Shown: piece after piece, positions 15,746-31,387 of the stretch
Layout of the letters: each line of letters begins with the position of its first letter
Numbering within the stretch: the stretch's first letter is position 1
NCBI GenBank assembly: GCA_964016885.1
Contig: OZ024743.1
Coordinates: 346,146,001 to 346,210,000 of the forward strand
Length of the DNA stretch: 64,000 bases
Origin: Eledone cirrhosa
Lineage: Eukaryota
Direction: 5' to 3'
Translations under genes and position numbers: made by a program
The notes under the pieces: generated by a model
Told to the model about the DNA's origin: nothing
Database searches by the model: none
The model's input: only the letters and a program-made list of their open reading frames with translations

Positions 15746-15898
15746 TTCATTATTTAACGAACGTTTCTAGGACATATATGTGTTAGAATTGGCATGCATA
15801 TTCAACAGATCTATGTACAAAATTATACAAAATTATACAAACTATCAAATCTAATATACATACCAGCACATACATATGCCGTCTTCAGAAATAATGAA
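15746..15898 (-). ncRNA. Hammerhead ribozyme of PLE copy 2
   Basis: Same stems and core as 50832-50986, with a few substitutions. Confidence 0.8.
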
Positions 15899-16251
15899 AT
15901 ATATTTATTGATAATAACAACAATTCAACATTACAGGTCTGTTTGGGAACAGAGTTCAAATTGACCAATGAAATACACAAAAATATATCAAGAAAATACA
16001 GTTAGGTGTGTGTATATATGTAAGTAACTTCGTTCACAGATATGCATAAAAATATATGTTCACATGCATACGCATGTCGAAAAAATGTATGTAAATACAA
16101 AAATTCAGGGTTAATGTCGCTGTATGTTTATAATCTACAGATCAAATACACATACGTATATAAACATATATACACATTCATATATACACACACATATACA
16201 TACATTCACACACACACGCGCATATACACATAAACATACACATACCCACGA

Positions 16252-16301
<50 letters not shown>

Positions 16302-16531
16302 GTATATATTATTATTATAACTACATGGATATTGAGGCGCACACACAAAAAACACTGCCACATACATTTTTACATCCATATGCAGAAGATGGTGAAGGGG
16401 GTCAGTAATTACAAAGGGTGTCAGGGAACTGCCTATTTATAAAATGTATCTATAAATTTAGAAATAAAAAGAAATATATTTAAAAAAATATAAACAAATA
16501 AAATATATACTCATACATAAAATACACACCG

Positions 16532-16574
<43 letters not shown>

Positions 16575-17075
16575 TATATACACATATATATACACATATA
16601 TATACATACATATACACACGCATACATACATACACATATACATAGAGACATATACACATACATATATAAATACATAGACACACATGCATACACACACACA
16701 TATATATATATATACATATATTCTCAACACACATATATATATACACATATATGTACACACATATACACACATACATACATATACATATATACATACACAC
16801 ACATATATATACACACACATATATACACACATATATACATATATATACACATACACGCACATATATATACACACACTCACACATATATATATACGTATAT
16901 ATACACACACACACACATATCCATGTATGTATATACACATACAACCACACACTCACACAACTCAGACATACATAAATAAAGAGATATACATACACACATA
17001 TACATATATACATATATATATATAGATATATACATACACATAAACATATATACACACACACACACACATATACAT

Positions 17076-17162
<87 letters not shown>

Positions 17163-17224
17163 TACATATATATATATATATATATAGAAAAAAATAAATA
17201 AATACACACAGTCAGACTATTATG

Positions 17225-17262
<38 letters not shown>

Positions 17263-18063
17263 CACACATCTCTACAAATACATATACACATACACACGCA
17301 CACATACATATATACATACACACATATATATACATAGACATATATATACACACATATATATACATACATATACATACATATACATACATATATATATATA
17401 CATATATATATATATACAATCATACACACTTATTTACATGCGCACATATGTATTTTTATACTCACATACAAACACCCAAACATACATACCTACTTACATA
17501 CACATACATACATCCACGCTTACAAATACAAATAATTATAGGGGGGGGAGGGGATTAAAATTATTAGTGGGAAATAGTAAATATAGGTTTCAAGGAACAT
17601 AGAATATTAATCTGCATTTAGATCATAATATATGTTTACATAGTAGTTTCAGTATTAGGAAATGTAAGAAAGAAGGCAAAATTATGCATTTTAATATAAG
17701 TATATTATTAATTATAGGTTAACTGAATTAAAAATAGTTAATATATTGATTTCTAAGGTGTATACTACTTAGGTTTATAATATTTGAAGCGGAATTTTGA
17801 AGTTAAACAGTAGTAGAGTATTAATTATAGCATAACTAAATTAAAAATATTAACATTATGGTATCAATATTAGGAAATGAATTTAGTAATAGGGAAAACC
17901 AAATCAAGTATTTCATCGGTAGTAGAATATAAATTATAGGTTAACTAAATTAAAAATTATATATTAATTTCTATAGTATATGTTAATTAGGTTTATAATA
18001 ATTAAAGCAGATTTTGTATTTTATCTATAGTAGAATATAATTATAGGTTACCAAAAATTAAAA

Positions 18064-18143
<80 letters not shown>

Positions 18144-18601
18144 ATGTAAAGAATATATTAATTAGGTATATATTAAAAAATTTATCTCAGTTTATGAATA
18201 CATGATATTCTGCAATCTATCTGTATTAGAATTTTAATTTTAAGCTAATTAAATTAAAATTATAGGTTAACTAAATTAAAATTAATTTATAAATAAATTT
18301 CTAAATTGTACATTAATTAGGTTTATAATATTAAAAAATATCTCTCTGTTATTGATTACACGATATTTTGTTATATTTCATCTGTAACGGAATTTTAATA
18401 AAAGGTTAAATAAACTAAAATTAATCTATAAATTAATTTACAAAGTATATATTAATTATGTTAATAATATTTAAAAGTTTTTCACAATTTATGATTACAC
18501 AATATTTTTTAATCTCATCTGTAGTAGAATTTAATTAAATTAAATTTATAGGTTAACTACATTTAAATTAAATTATATATTAATTTCTAAAATATATATT
18601 A

Positions 18602-20805
18602 TTAATTAGGATTATAATATTTAAATGTTTTTCTCAGTTTATGATTACACGATATAATTAATTCCTGTCGCTTATTTAATAGGATATCCTTAGATTTCAT
18701 TATTTCAAATAGTTCTTGGGAACATAATCTACATTCATTTCTATTATTTTGATAAGGGGTGGCTCTTTTGAGCACACTCCAGGTCAAATCATATTCTATA
18801 TTCTTATTTCTATAACTATTAATTTTTTCTGCTAGAGATGTTGTATTAGCCAGTGCGGCATTTTAAAAAGATGTTTGTGGGTATTAAACCTTACCTTAAA
18901 ATTGTTAGAAGTAGCTCCTATATATGAGCAAATAGAATCTTTAGTTTTAACTTTACATTTATAAACTATGTTGTTAACAAGACAATTTCCTTTTAATGGG
19001 CAGTTTGCTTTGTTTCTACAGTTACAACCTTTCGTTAATTCTGTATTTGAGGAGATATTATGGTTAGTTTGATGTATTGGTGGTATACTTATGGTATTTT
19101 TACATTTATATGCATTATAGGCACTTATATTTTGTTTTATGTTTTTGGTTGTTGAGTATGAGAATTTAACTGTTGACCTATTTAAGATTTGATGGTATTT
19201 GTGGTTTGGCGGGAAGTTTTTCTCTAGGATAAAAAAAATTTTTTTAGCAATATTATCTTTAATTTGTAAATTAAATGGAGCATTATACCAAGTAACTCGT
19301 CTATTACGGTTTCTATGTTGTTTATTATTTTTATAGGTTGTATCGTGATGTTTACTAGGAGGATTAATGTTAATGACCTCACCACGCACATTTTTAGTTA
19401 GATTTATTGATTTAGGTGTTTTATCATGTTTATTAAGAGTTTTATTATTAACATTTATTAGAGTTGTATGATGAGTAGTTTTTTGAGAGTTACTATACTT
19501 TATATTAGAGGAGTTGTTGGTATTTTGGGGTATAGTGTGTGTGGCATTTAGGTGTGTACTTTTCATTTGGTGTTTGTTGGTAATATTAGGTTGTATGTTT
19601 ATAGTGTTATTAGTAGAAGGTATATATTCCAATCTATTTTTGTGGCCACTTCTATCTAGAGCTTCGTTATAGAAGGTCGCATTTTTATCAAATACATCTT
19701 GGTTAGACGAAAGGTTAGAAATTCTAAGTGATATATTATATGCAAGGTTTTTAAGGATAGATTTAGGGTGATTAGATTGTGAGTGTATGTAGTGTAAGTT
19801 TTGGTTGGGTTTATGGTAAGGTTGGTAGATACCCGTAGCTAAGTCTAAAGTTATATCTAGGAAATTAACTACTTTACTTGTGTTTTCAAAAGTAATATGA
19901 AGACTATAATAGTCTTTAAGGAAAGTTCTAATAAGCTTTTTGTATTTTTCTATTTCTGAGAGGTTAAGGTTGTTGGAAAGAAGAAGACAGTCATCACGAT
20001 ATAAACCACCTTTAAGGTGGGGAAAGGAGGCATTTATGTTGAAAAGAAGAATGAGGCCCACAAGATCAGTAATTTGGGTAGAATCGCTTGAACCCATAGT
20101 AATATCAAATAGATTACTATATGTGTTTCTGGTCCAGTATTCATTCTGAAATTCAATAAGTGTTAGTCTAGCATGTGTAATAATATTAATGTCATCCAAA
20201 GTTAAGTTAGATCTATTTTTAGCAAATATCAAAGCTTTGTTCAGGAGTATAGGTGATATAGAAGAATAGTAATTATCTATATCAAATTGTAGAAATGAAG
20301 CAGAAGATTTACATTTAATATTTTTAAACCAGTTAATTACCTGGGAAGTGTTTTCCCAGAGTGGTAAATTAACATGTTTTCTTATTTGTGGGATGACTCT
20401 ATCCAAAATTTGTTTGCTAATTATTCCTATATCAGATTTGGAGGGACATATAAGTCTTATAGAAGGATTTGAGTTAAAGTTTGATTTATGATCCTTCAGG
20501 TTGAAGTCTGGTCTTTTCAATGCCAAAGGTTCAGTTCTATCTTCAATGTTTAGTTTTTTTACTATGTTGTGTGTTTTGTTGTTGATGTTGGTGAGTGACG
20601 CATTATTAGATTTTTTATAATTTTTCCTGAGTTCTTTATATATGAACTCATTATAATCTTCAATATCCATGTGATACAAGTTTCCAGTTTTGTCCGAGTG
20701 AACGTGGATTTTTTTAGACTTTTTTAGGTCCATTAGGGTAGAATCAAAGTCCTTTTGAAAGACAGATTTATACTTCTTAAATTTGAGGTGTTTAATTAAA
20801 TTAAA
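18602..20805 (-). pseudogene. PLE RT/GIY-YIG ORF, 5'-truncated, frameshifted near 18863
   Basis: ORFs 18832..20733 and 18602..18787 are highly similar to the intact ORF and are split by a 1-nt loss in the HxFKNAAL region. Confidence 0.9.
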
Positions 20806-21001
20806 AAAAAGTATAATTTGTATAATTTTGTATAATTTTGTACATAGATCTGTTGAATATGCATGCCAATTCTAACACATATATGTCCTAGAAACGATCG
20901 TTAAATAATGAACTTTTTTTGTTTAATATAAGGAACTGTTTCATTGTTTTATTCATTATTTTTTTAATACTTTTACATATATATATATATATTTATGTAT
21001 G

Positions 21002-21034
<33 letters not shown>

Positions 21035-21894
21035 AATTGTCTCTGAGTTTGTGTGTATATATGCCACTCTAGTGAGCATGTGTGTCAGTGAGGTTAGCTC
21101 TAATGGGCTGCGCGTAAATATGCGTGAGAGTATCCATATTTAGTATTTGTATATACATCTACACAAATAGTTATACATATAAATATGTATGTACATATGG
21201 CATTGACAAGTGTTGTCAAAACACATTTATCTAAACCACAGGTTCTCAACCCATTTAAAATCACGAAACGCCCCCTACCCTATTTTTCCATTTTTCAATA
21301 TACTACTGATTTTGATATCAGTAGATTACTAAAAAATTGATTAACAATATTCCAAAGATACCATTGCAGGCAGCTGAGAGTATAAATACATTCCTTGAAA
21401 GGAAATATATAAATGTCAAAAAAAGGAATATAAATGTTCGTTTTTATGAATAAGGACCAGTTGAATTTGTTATATTCCCACCAGGCGATACCAACTATTT
21501 TGAACATTTATACAACAGCCAATCTGTCTATCACAAGAGTCCTCTTATCTGGAAGAAAGTGGCAATTATATCATTTCAAACCTTTCCAATTTTCCCTTTA
21601 ATGAAACGGACAGAATAAATGTTGATATCTAATTTGATGTCCCCTCTTCTTTGTGAGCTTAGAGACCACGGAAGAGGGTTTTCATGACCACGCGGGAGGG
21701 TATATTTATTAATAAATGTTAAAATATATACAACAAATGAGTAATTCAATTGTAGTAGATGGTTTCCAGTCCAGTCAGACTGCAACTACAAATAAAAAAA
21801 TTGTTAGTTTGCTTTGTAACAATAGCATATCCAAGTTTTCGGAAAAATCAACTTACTTTAACTTTGACTCATTTCAATGGAACCCTTGAGCTTC

Positions 21895-22935
21895 ATGGAG
21901 TCTAGCTAACTCTTTGACGTGAGGCTGAATTTTCCTAAGATGTAGCCAGAGATCTCCACGTGTAATTACATTGTAGCGGTTGCGAGCCTTATTGTGCAGT
22001 CTGGAAACAACACTAAACCTCCTCTCGACTAAGTATGAGCTTGGAAAAGGCAGAGCAAATCTCTTAGCCTCTGCATGTAGGTGTGGAAATCAACGCTGAA
22101 TTTCCTCTTGCATCCCCAAAAGGGGTTCACCTATTTTTGGAAATCTAATTTTGATCATGTCATCTGCTTGAAATTCAATGAATTCTTCCTGAAATTTAAC
22201 GTCCAAATAGTGGACGTTAGCTATGAAAGGATCTGCTATCCACATCGGGATGTCCATCGGCAAAAAATCGACAAACTGTTCTCTCATGTTGTCCTGTAGC
22301 GCACGGAGGTGTGTGGTATAAATTTGGAGTTGGTCATCGCTTACAATGTTTAGAACATTGGCGACACTAGGAAAATTATAGAATTCCCGTCAACAAAGAT
22401 TCCTTTCGATGACATTCAATTTGGACAGGAATGTTTCACAGCATTCCTTGCTTTAAGCAGGGTGATCTTCTTCCCCTGCAAAGCCAAAATGACCCTATTG
22501 CATTTGTCGAAGATGTTGGTGAGGTAGGCGCAGTCTTGCCTCACATCGAGGGTTTTCTTGTACAGTCCTGTGCTGCGTCTTCGCAGAAACTCAATGATAG
22601 AGTCGAAGAGTTCAAAGGAGTGACTAAAGCACTTGCCCTTTGAAAGCCACCTGACTTCAGTATGAAGGACAACTTGACGAATTCTTCGTCATTATCTTGG
22701 CACAGTTGCTGGAAAATTCGTTCAATGAGGGAATGCCGTTTGATAAAATTGATGACATCAATGGCCACCTGCAAGGACTTGATCAGAGGCTTGCTGAATT
22801 TCCTCGCAGCCAAGTGTTGTCGATGAATGACACAATGAACAGCAAATACAGATAGATTTCTCTCTTCAGAAGAGTGACGAAACCCTTATGTTGGCCGACC
22901 ATTGCTCTTGCGTCGTCCGTAGCACATGATACAAT
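21895..22935 (-). pseudogene. hAT transposase C-terminal remnant
   Basis: CATDDARAMVG, HCVIHRQHLAA, VINFIK and FPSSYLVERGFS motifs, with frameshifts. Confidence 0.85.
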
Positions 22936-23375
22936 GTGTGTTGTATGTGGTCCTAGATGTATGTATTACCTGCCTGTGTGTTGTATGTAGTCCTAGATGT
23001 ATGTATTACCTGCTTATGTATTGCATGTAATTCCAGCTGCATGTGTTACCTGCTTGTGTGTTGTATGTGGTCCTAGATGTGTGTACCACCTCCTTATGTG
23101 CTGTATGTCGTTCTAGATGTATGTATTACCTGTTTGTGTTGTATGTGGGCCTAGATGTATGTATTACCTGCATGTGTGTTTTATGTGGTCCTAGATGTGT
23201 GTGTGTGTGCTACCTCCTTATGTGTTGCATGTGGTCCTAGATGTGTGTATTACCTTCTTATGTGTTGTATGTGGTCCTAGATGCGTTTATTACCTGCTTA
23301 TGTGTTGTATGTGGTCCTAGATGTGTGTATTACCTGATTATGTGTTGTATGTGGTCCTAGATGTGTGTGCTACTC
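22935..23375. repeat. ~40-bp minisatellite, ~11 copies, inside the hAT element
   Basis: Unit approximately TGTGTTGTATGTGGTCCTAGATGTATGTATTACCTGCTTA. Confidence 0.92.
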
Positions 23376-23938
23376 GCTTCTGTGTTTTTATCGTTTTTTT
23401 TATTTGTAATATTATTTATACAATAGGGAATAAAATATATCTACATAGTGTTAACTCGTTACTGTTGAGTCAATAATTTCAGACATGAAATACATTGTTA
23501 TCGGTGAAGGAAAGATAAGATTCTAACTGGCTGCGCTCAAAGTGTCCTTGACCCAGTTGACTGTGGTTTTTTTCATTTTTAGGCTCTCAATTACCGGTTA
23601 ATGTCTAGACACGCCTGCACACCTGTTCACAGCTGCGGTCAGACTATAGTTATGCTGTCTGCAAGTTCATTCAAATGCATTCACACTGGCTGTCTCAAAG
23701 ACATACAAATATGGCTTATAAAACTTACCAAAGTAAAGAGCCTTCCAGCGCCCCTTATCCCCCCTCTCTCAAGCTCCAAACGCCCCCTAACGCGAACTTG
23801 CTCCCGAACGCCCCTCTGGAGTTCCAAAACGCATCCCGGGGGTGCATATGCCCCCCGTTGAGAACCTTTGATCTAAACACATAAACAAACAAATAGTGTT
23901 CATATGTGTGCGCGTCTGCGTATGTGTGTGTGTGAGCG

Positions 23939-23999
<61 letters not shown>

Positions 24000-24397
24000 T
24001 TATATATATCTATGTGCATGTGTGTGTCTGTGCGCATGAACGTTTGGTTATATATATAACATATATATAGTATTTCCGCACCTTATATTGTTTGAGATAG
24101 AACGTCTTGGATTTTGAACATTCGTGGTCGGGGAGAGTATTTACAAAAACATTTTAGAGCTGCAACATTTGTAATGTTCTCTTACGCCCGTAACTACACC
24201 ACTTCCTGTAAGGTGAATATTTTATTCCCTTTCAATATCATTATTTTCTGATGTTCTCATCCTTTCATTAATGTTTCATAAATTCCTCTCTACACATGTT
24301 GTGCTTGCAATATTGTTAAATCTCATGTTTTTGCCACCAGTGAATGAAAACAAAGTTCAGGTGATTGCAATTCTCGAAACTAAGATGTAGATATTAT

Positions 24398-24722
24398 AGA
24401 GGGTCGGACGTCATGCTTTCTAGCATAGCGTTATCTCCCTTTATGTTCTGAGTTAAAATCCCGCCGAGGTTAACTTTGCCTTTCAGCTTTACGCAGTCGA
24501 TAAAATAAAGTACCAGTCATGCACTGGAATAATTTCTGGCCTTGTGCCAACAGTAGAAACAATTATATATGAATTGAGCGCTGGGTTGGCAGTATCGGTA
24601 GAAGGCTTTGCAGCATAGAGTTGTGGCCCTTTACAGTATCAGTTCAAATCACACCGATAAAATAAAGTACCAGTAATGCACTGAGATAATTGCTGGCCTT
24701 GTGCCAAAAGCAGAAAGATTTA
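24398..24722 (+). mobile_element. Two tandem SINE copies of the same family
   Basis: Core and 3' end GGCCTTGTGCCAAxAGyAGAAA repeated. Confidence 0.8.
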
Positions 24723-26050
24723 TATATGAATTGAATGGAGGAAGGCAGAGTGGGGAATTGCTCTGGAAAGCCACAGCAAGGGAACCCCACCAGCTACAGC
24801 TCTAGCAATTTCAAGGGATAACATGTTGAATCCTCTGCAGGGTTTTAAAATGTTATCCCTTTGTCAACGAGAACTATATTTTTAACAAAAAGTATCTAAT
24901 GTCGTTACTGTGGCAAAATTCATCATATTTTCTCAAATTTAGTGACATTGGTGGTTTCTCTCATTAGTCTATTTATTATTCATATCAGTCCATGAAGCTT
25001 GTATTATATGCAAGTGGGCATCTCCAAAAATATATTAAGCATCAGCTTATGTACTTCAGTACCGAGTGTTTAAACGTCACTGATGGATGAATATCTTGAA
25101 ATACGAAAAGGTTGCTCATTGCTCAGTCATTTTAGGACATTTGTATACATTTATTTTAAAAAACACATAAGTCACGAAAGAAGTGTTTTATGTCAAACAA
25201 AAATTGACCTGAATAATTTTGAAACTTTATGGGATGCATCTACTCAATCGATCCGCCATAAACATTGAAATACGAAGTCTAAAATATTGATGTGCCCGAA
25301 TCAGACGATTATTTTGGACACTGTGTTAGTTGAGGTGGACATCAGAGGGATTATATTGTCATAGCTGATTGACTTCCCTTTCGACTACGCCTCGTATGCA
25401 GTAGTCCAAAGGATTCAAGTGTGAAGAGCTAGGGGGCCATATGTTTGGGGTGACAGGGTCATGGAGATTGTAAATCATCTATATTTGATTCGTCCTGATC
25501 TTATGAGACAGTGCAAAGTCTTATTAATATGTGTATGTTCTTCTTTTGCGCATTCTCTCTATCCAAGGCATTCTAAACTTCTCCAACACCTCCTTATAGT
25601 CAGCAGTATTGTCCCTCTTGAGCCTTAAGGAAAGATGTTAAGAGGTATTACCTCTTGCTAACAAAGAGAAAAATAGACAACAATTAGGTATATTTTGCCT
25701 TATTTTTTCCTTCACATTTATAATTGATAGATAGCTATGAGTAAATGATTATTATTTTTTTTAATACTTTCAGTCATTGGGCGGGTGCTAGCTGCGTTTT
25801 CTAGCAAATGTGTTACTCAGCAAATGTCCAGCCTTTACCTTCCTTCTGCGACCAGTATACCACGTGATAATTTCCCTTACGTTCAAGAATAATTTCCTTC
25901 ACTTGAGGGGTCTTTGAGAACACGATAGTATCACGGCCTTGGTGCACTTTCGCTGCACTATAGCCGCATACCAATCGGAGAAACAACGCAGTCTGGAGCA
26001 AGGAGAAGAAATTAGGAAAATTTAGTCTATTTTCTCTCTTCACAATAATA

Positions 26051-26100
<50 letters not shown>

Positions 26101-26109
26101 ATATATATA

Positions 26110-26740
26110 TATATATAAATATATATATATATGTATGTGTGTGTCTGTGTATTACCAATAGGGACCTACATCTTACGACCGATTTTCATGAAACTTTACA
26201 GGCTCATAGATTAGTCATCGGGAGTGTTTTCTATATATCAGCGTATCGTTTTTTTATACCGGGTTTATTCTGCACATAAAAATCGATAGGGGGGGGGTCA
26301 CCTTTTTTTAGGTCTCGAAAAATAAGATTTTGGGCTCTAGCTCCCACATTTTGCCACAGATTTCGTTCAAACTTTAAAGCAAAATAGAATTTGTCATTGC
26401 ACATCCTGTAATGGCTTTATATTTTGCATTTTGTGTCCAAGGACGATGTGGCAGCCGCTTAAATATTAAAAAATACCACTTTTAGACTCAAATTTCCGCT
26501 TTTTCGGCTCTAGCTCCCACATTTTTCAACCGACTTCGTTCAAATTCGAAACTCCCTCCCCCAGCATGCCCCTTCGTCAGTCACCCGCGTTTCTCAGTGA
26601 TAGAGGTGTTCACCACCCTCCCCCGCATGCCCTGTGTGTGGCCCTAGATGAGTCATCGAGAAGCTGTCGCTAAGATCAACACCTTTTCATCAAAGCAGAT
26701 ATTATTTTACATACCCAGGCAACGCTGGGTACTGCTGCTA

Positions 26741-26741
<1 letters not shown>
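26110..26741 (+). mobile_element. Non-autonomous Helitron-like element
   Basis: 3' hairpin ACCCAG-GCAACG-CTGGGT (26713-26730), then CTAG followed by T. Internal repeat GGCTCTAGCTCCCACATTTT. The 5' end is lost in (TA)n. Confidence 0.7.
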
Positions 26742-26794
<53 letters not shown>

Positions 26795-27394
26795 TTCAGA
26801 AACACCGAATATTCGAAGCATTATCAAACTGACAAAAGTTTCTGCTGGCACAGAATTGCAACCATTGGGTTATGATTTCATAATTTAACCACTAGTTTCA
26901 GTTCGACGCCGGCTTCATTAATGTTTCACACATAATAAAATTGCATTACATTAACACACTCATTATGGTAACAATATACAAAATGAAAAAAGTTCAAAAA
27001 CGCATGCGTCTTAAAAGCCATGTTGCAACAAAAAGAGTCATCTATTCATCATTGTTTTTTGAAACATTTGTAAGCAATGTTCCAATGCGGGATAATGTAG
27101 TGAGGACGGCCGGTGTGAATGGGCCTCGTTTGACCATGCGGCTGTAAGCTGGTTAATTTAGGGAAGAGATAGGTGTCCTCCTAGGAGAGTAGAGTGTTTT
27201 CGGATTATTGGCATCCCTGAGTCCACCTCGAGCAGTACTCACCTAATTGGAGAATGTTAAATATTTTATTGTTATACTTTTTTCGTTATATTTTGTATAA
27301 CCGAACTGTCCCCGTTTTTGTATTGTCTCCTATATCAGCCCTTGTGGACAATGATTTATTATTATTATTAATGTTATTATTATTAACTCCACAA

Positions 27395-28159
<765 letters not shown>

Positions 28160-28651
28160 TTGCTTTCGTTATTTCCTGTAAAAGAGAGTGTTACGCATTC
28201 TGAAAATATAGCAACATATGTAAAAGAAGATTTGGTGGAGAAAAGGTTATAGACGAAATCTATGTTAAGAGCTATATAAGGTGGAGCTGTCAGCCCCAAC
28301 TTAAAATACGACATGGAAAACTCTTGCCAACGACACCACTGTTACCAATACATCAACCTTTACTTCCGTCAAGACCAGCGACCACCATGATGATAACATG
28401 AAATGGCTACGGACATTATGAACTACAAAAGCATCAATAACGTCGATAACAAAAAGAGAACGTTTTTGGCGTGTATGTCTAGATACTTCTCATTATCTGA
28501 CAAAAGGCAAAGCTACCCCGCCGCTACCCTTATATATAATCCTTTTAAACACACAGAATATTGTTTAACTTGCTATGCCACACAGGCAGATATTTGCACA
28601 CATAATTTATCTGTAGAATTGGGCGGGTGTTAGTGTATGGGTGTGGGGGTG

Positions 28652-28808
28652 AGTGAATGTGTGTTGCTGTGTGTCTACATATAAAGGCTTGTATGTCCGC
28701 ATGTGCTAATATGTGTATAGAAATATATTAGGTAGCTAGGGTGGTAGACAGATAAATAGGTAGACAGACAGATAGTTAGACAAATAGATATATAGGTAAT
28801 ATATATAC

Positions 28809-28886
<78 letters not shown>

Positions 28887-29474
28887 GGAAAAAATGAAAC
28901 AAAATTTCATTTCCCACTCTTAGTACGGCTGTTAATTAAATATAAGTATGTATACGTACATACATATATGTATACAGATGTACAGTAGTATGTATATATA
29001 TATATACATACATGCACACATATATATATATATATATACGTATGGATTCACCGAACATTTATTATAATGCTCGGTGTGTTTGTAAACAAACATCCCGTAT
29101 TAAGCCGTAGTGTCTAGCAACCACTGTTGCTCGTTTGTTCAACACTGACAAAGGAACGCTGTACTAGTTTCAAGCTTGTTAGCTACCGCCAGCAACGTAT
29201 ACCTTCCTGCCAGATAGTTGAACGTCCGAAAGTATATACTTTCCTTATGCATATTAACGGCTGAGCAGCCCAATTTGCATATCGAGTGGGTAAACCGCCG
29301 GGTGCAACGAAAATGATAAACGGAAAAAATGAAACGAAATTTCATTTCCCACTCTTAGTACGGCTGTTACTTAAATATATATACGTACATATATATATGT
29401 GTGCATGTATGTATATATATATATACATACTACTGTACGTCGTCTGTATACATGTATGTATGTACGTATACATA

Positions 29475-29529
<55 letters not shown>

Positions 29530-29688
29530 ATATATATATATATATTACCTATATATCTATTTGTCTAACTGTCTGTCTACCTATTTATCTGTCTACCACC
29601 CTAGCTACCTAATATATTTCTATACACATATTAGCACATGCGGACATACAAGCCTTTATATGTAGACACACAGCAACACACATTCACT
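28652..29688. repeat. ~148-bp near-perfect inverted repeat (28652-28800 / 29544-29688) bracketing the retrozyme-like insertion
   Basis: The arms appear to differ only by a 4-nt indel. Confidence 0.9.
28881..29480 (-). mobile_element. Same 439-bp retrozyme-like family, ~1.1 units plus a short inverted piece (29385-29480)
   Basis: Reverse complement of the 32.2-32.6 kb unit. HHR at 29156-29197 with a mutated core (CTGGCGG). Confidence 0.8.
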
Positions 29689-29703
29689 ATATATATATAT
29701 AGT

Positions 29704-29735
<32 letters not shown>

Positions 29736-29856
29736 CAGAGAGACAGAGAGAGTGATAAAGAGAGAGAGAGTGATAAAGAGAGAGAGTAATAAAGAGAGAG
29801 AGTGATAAAGATAGATAGATAGATAGATAGAAAGATAGAGTGAGTGAGCGAGAGGA

Positions 29857-29887
<31 letters not shown>

Positions 29888-31352
29888 GAGAGAGAGAAAG
29901 CGAAAGAGAGAGAGAGAGAGAGAGTAGGAGAGAGATGTGTGAGTGTGTATTGAGTGGAGAAGGAGATAGAAATGGATAGAGATAAATAAAGAAAATGGCT
30001 AAGATAATTAGCGTGATTTCTAAGAGATTATGTAATTATATATTATCTCTAAGTGGAGTTAAACCGATATTGTTTTCTTTTATTTCAAACGGATGTCTCT
30101 CCCACAGGAAAACACAACAGACCATCAAGGTAACGAGACAGCCACACTAGTGAGAACTATGTGGTTGTTCCATATACTGGAAATCGAAACAACACAATAG
30201 AGAATTGTTTCTACTTTTGGCACAAGGCCAGCAATTTCCAGTGCATTACTGGTACTTTATTTATCGACCCCGTAAGGATGAAAGGCAAAGTGAATCTCGG
30301 TGGGATTTGAACTCAGAATGGAAAGGGTCGTAACTCTATGCGTCAAAGCATGGTGTCCGACCCTCTACCGATACTGGTAATCCACCGCCCTATACCAATC
30401 CACCCTATTTTGTGGAGGGATTCGATAAAATCAACCCCATTACTTGACGAGATGATATATACAAATTTGTTTTCAGAGGGATTTGATTTCAGGATGAAAA
30501 AGCCGTAAAATATCCTGCTGCGTATTTGTATGACTATCTAACTATTCTGTATGTACGCCATCTTATGTTGACCTACTTACAGTGTTTCTAAAAAGAATAG
30601 GGGATGGTCCTGATTAGAATGAATTTCACCATAGTGCAGTTTAATGAAACCTTACCTGGATTTATACAATAATAACGCCGAAGAAACGACAGAAATCCTA
30701 ACGACGATATAAATGGGAAATCTCATTCGAATCAATATAACAGTGTCATAATGGACCCCATTCCTCAGCTCACATGAAGTCTACTGTCTCTTATAATTAG
30801 ACAGTTTTCTGGAGAGTAGAGCACAAGACAGTAATGTGACGATAAAGTACATGGTACTGACCGCCAAGTCTCTAAATGTAATGAACTAGGAATAGTTCAT
30901 ACGATGCCCCTGCTTATACATTGATCTTGATCACATAGTAGTTGTTAATAACTTAGATCCTTGGAAGAGTTTGTCATGGATATATCAGGTACGTCTTGCA
31001 AGCTGGGAATTCGTTCTAAAATTCCACCAGGTGTCTCAAGAAACTTACATATCTTTGGAATAGGCTCAGCTTATAATCTGTATCGTAGGCTATTTGTTTA
31101 TTCACTGCTTCCTGAGGGCGCATACATGTTAGGTGTATGAAAACTTTAATATATACTTAATAAGCTCTCTTCTAGTAGACTGAATATTGTATTCATTAGC
31201 ATTTAATCTCCGAATACCGTGCATGCACGCACACACACACCTACACACACATATATACATACATACACACATATATATATATATATGACATGTATATGAA
31301 TAATTTCTTACATGTATATGTATGTGCGTATATTTACATACATACGTACACC

Positions 31353-31387
<35 letters not shown>

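Larger units (their letters stand above)
15550..20975 (-). mobile_element. Second, diverged copy of the same PLE family, 5'-truncated, with a short inverted 3'-end piece (20811-20975, plus)
   Basis: The terminal repeat, HHR, microsatellite-rich UTR and ORF are collinear with the main element. It is flanked by (TA)n on both sides. Confidence 0.92.
21237..23870 (-). mobile_element. hAT (Buster/Charlie-type) DNA transposon, internally deleted
   Basis: TIRs CACAGGTTCTCAAC / GTTGAGAACCTTTG; perfect 8-bp TSD ATCTAAAC (21229-21236, 23871-23878) with central TA. Confidence 0.92.

Noticed and set aside
22935-23375. CRISPR-like array
   Set aside because: The units are contiguous degenerate repeats with no unique spacers, in a eukaryotic context.
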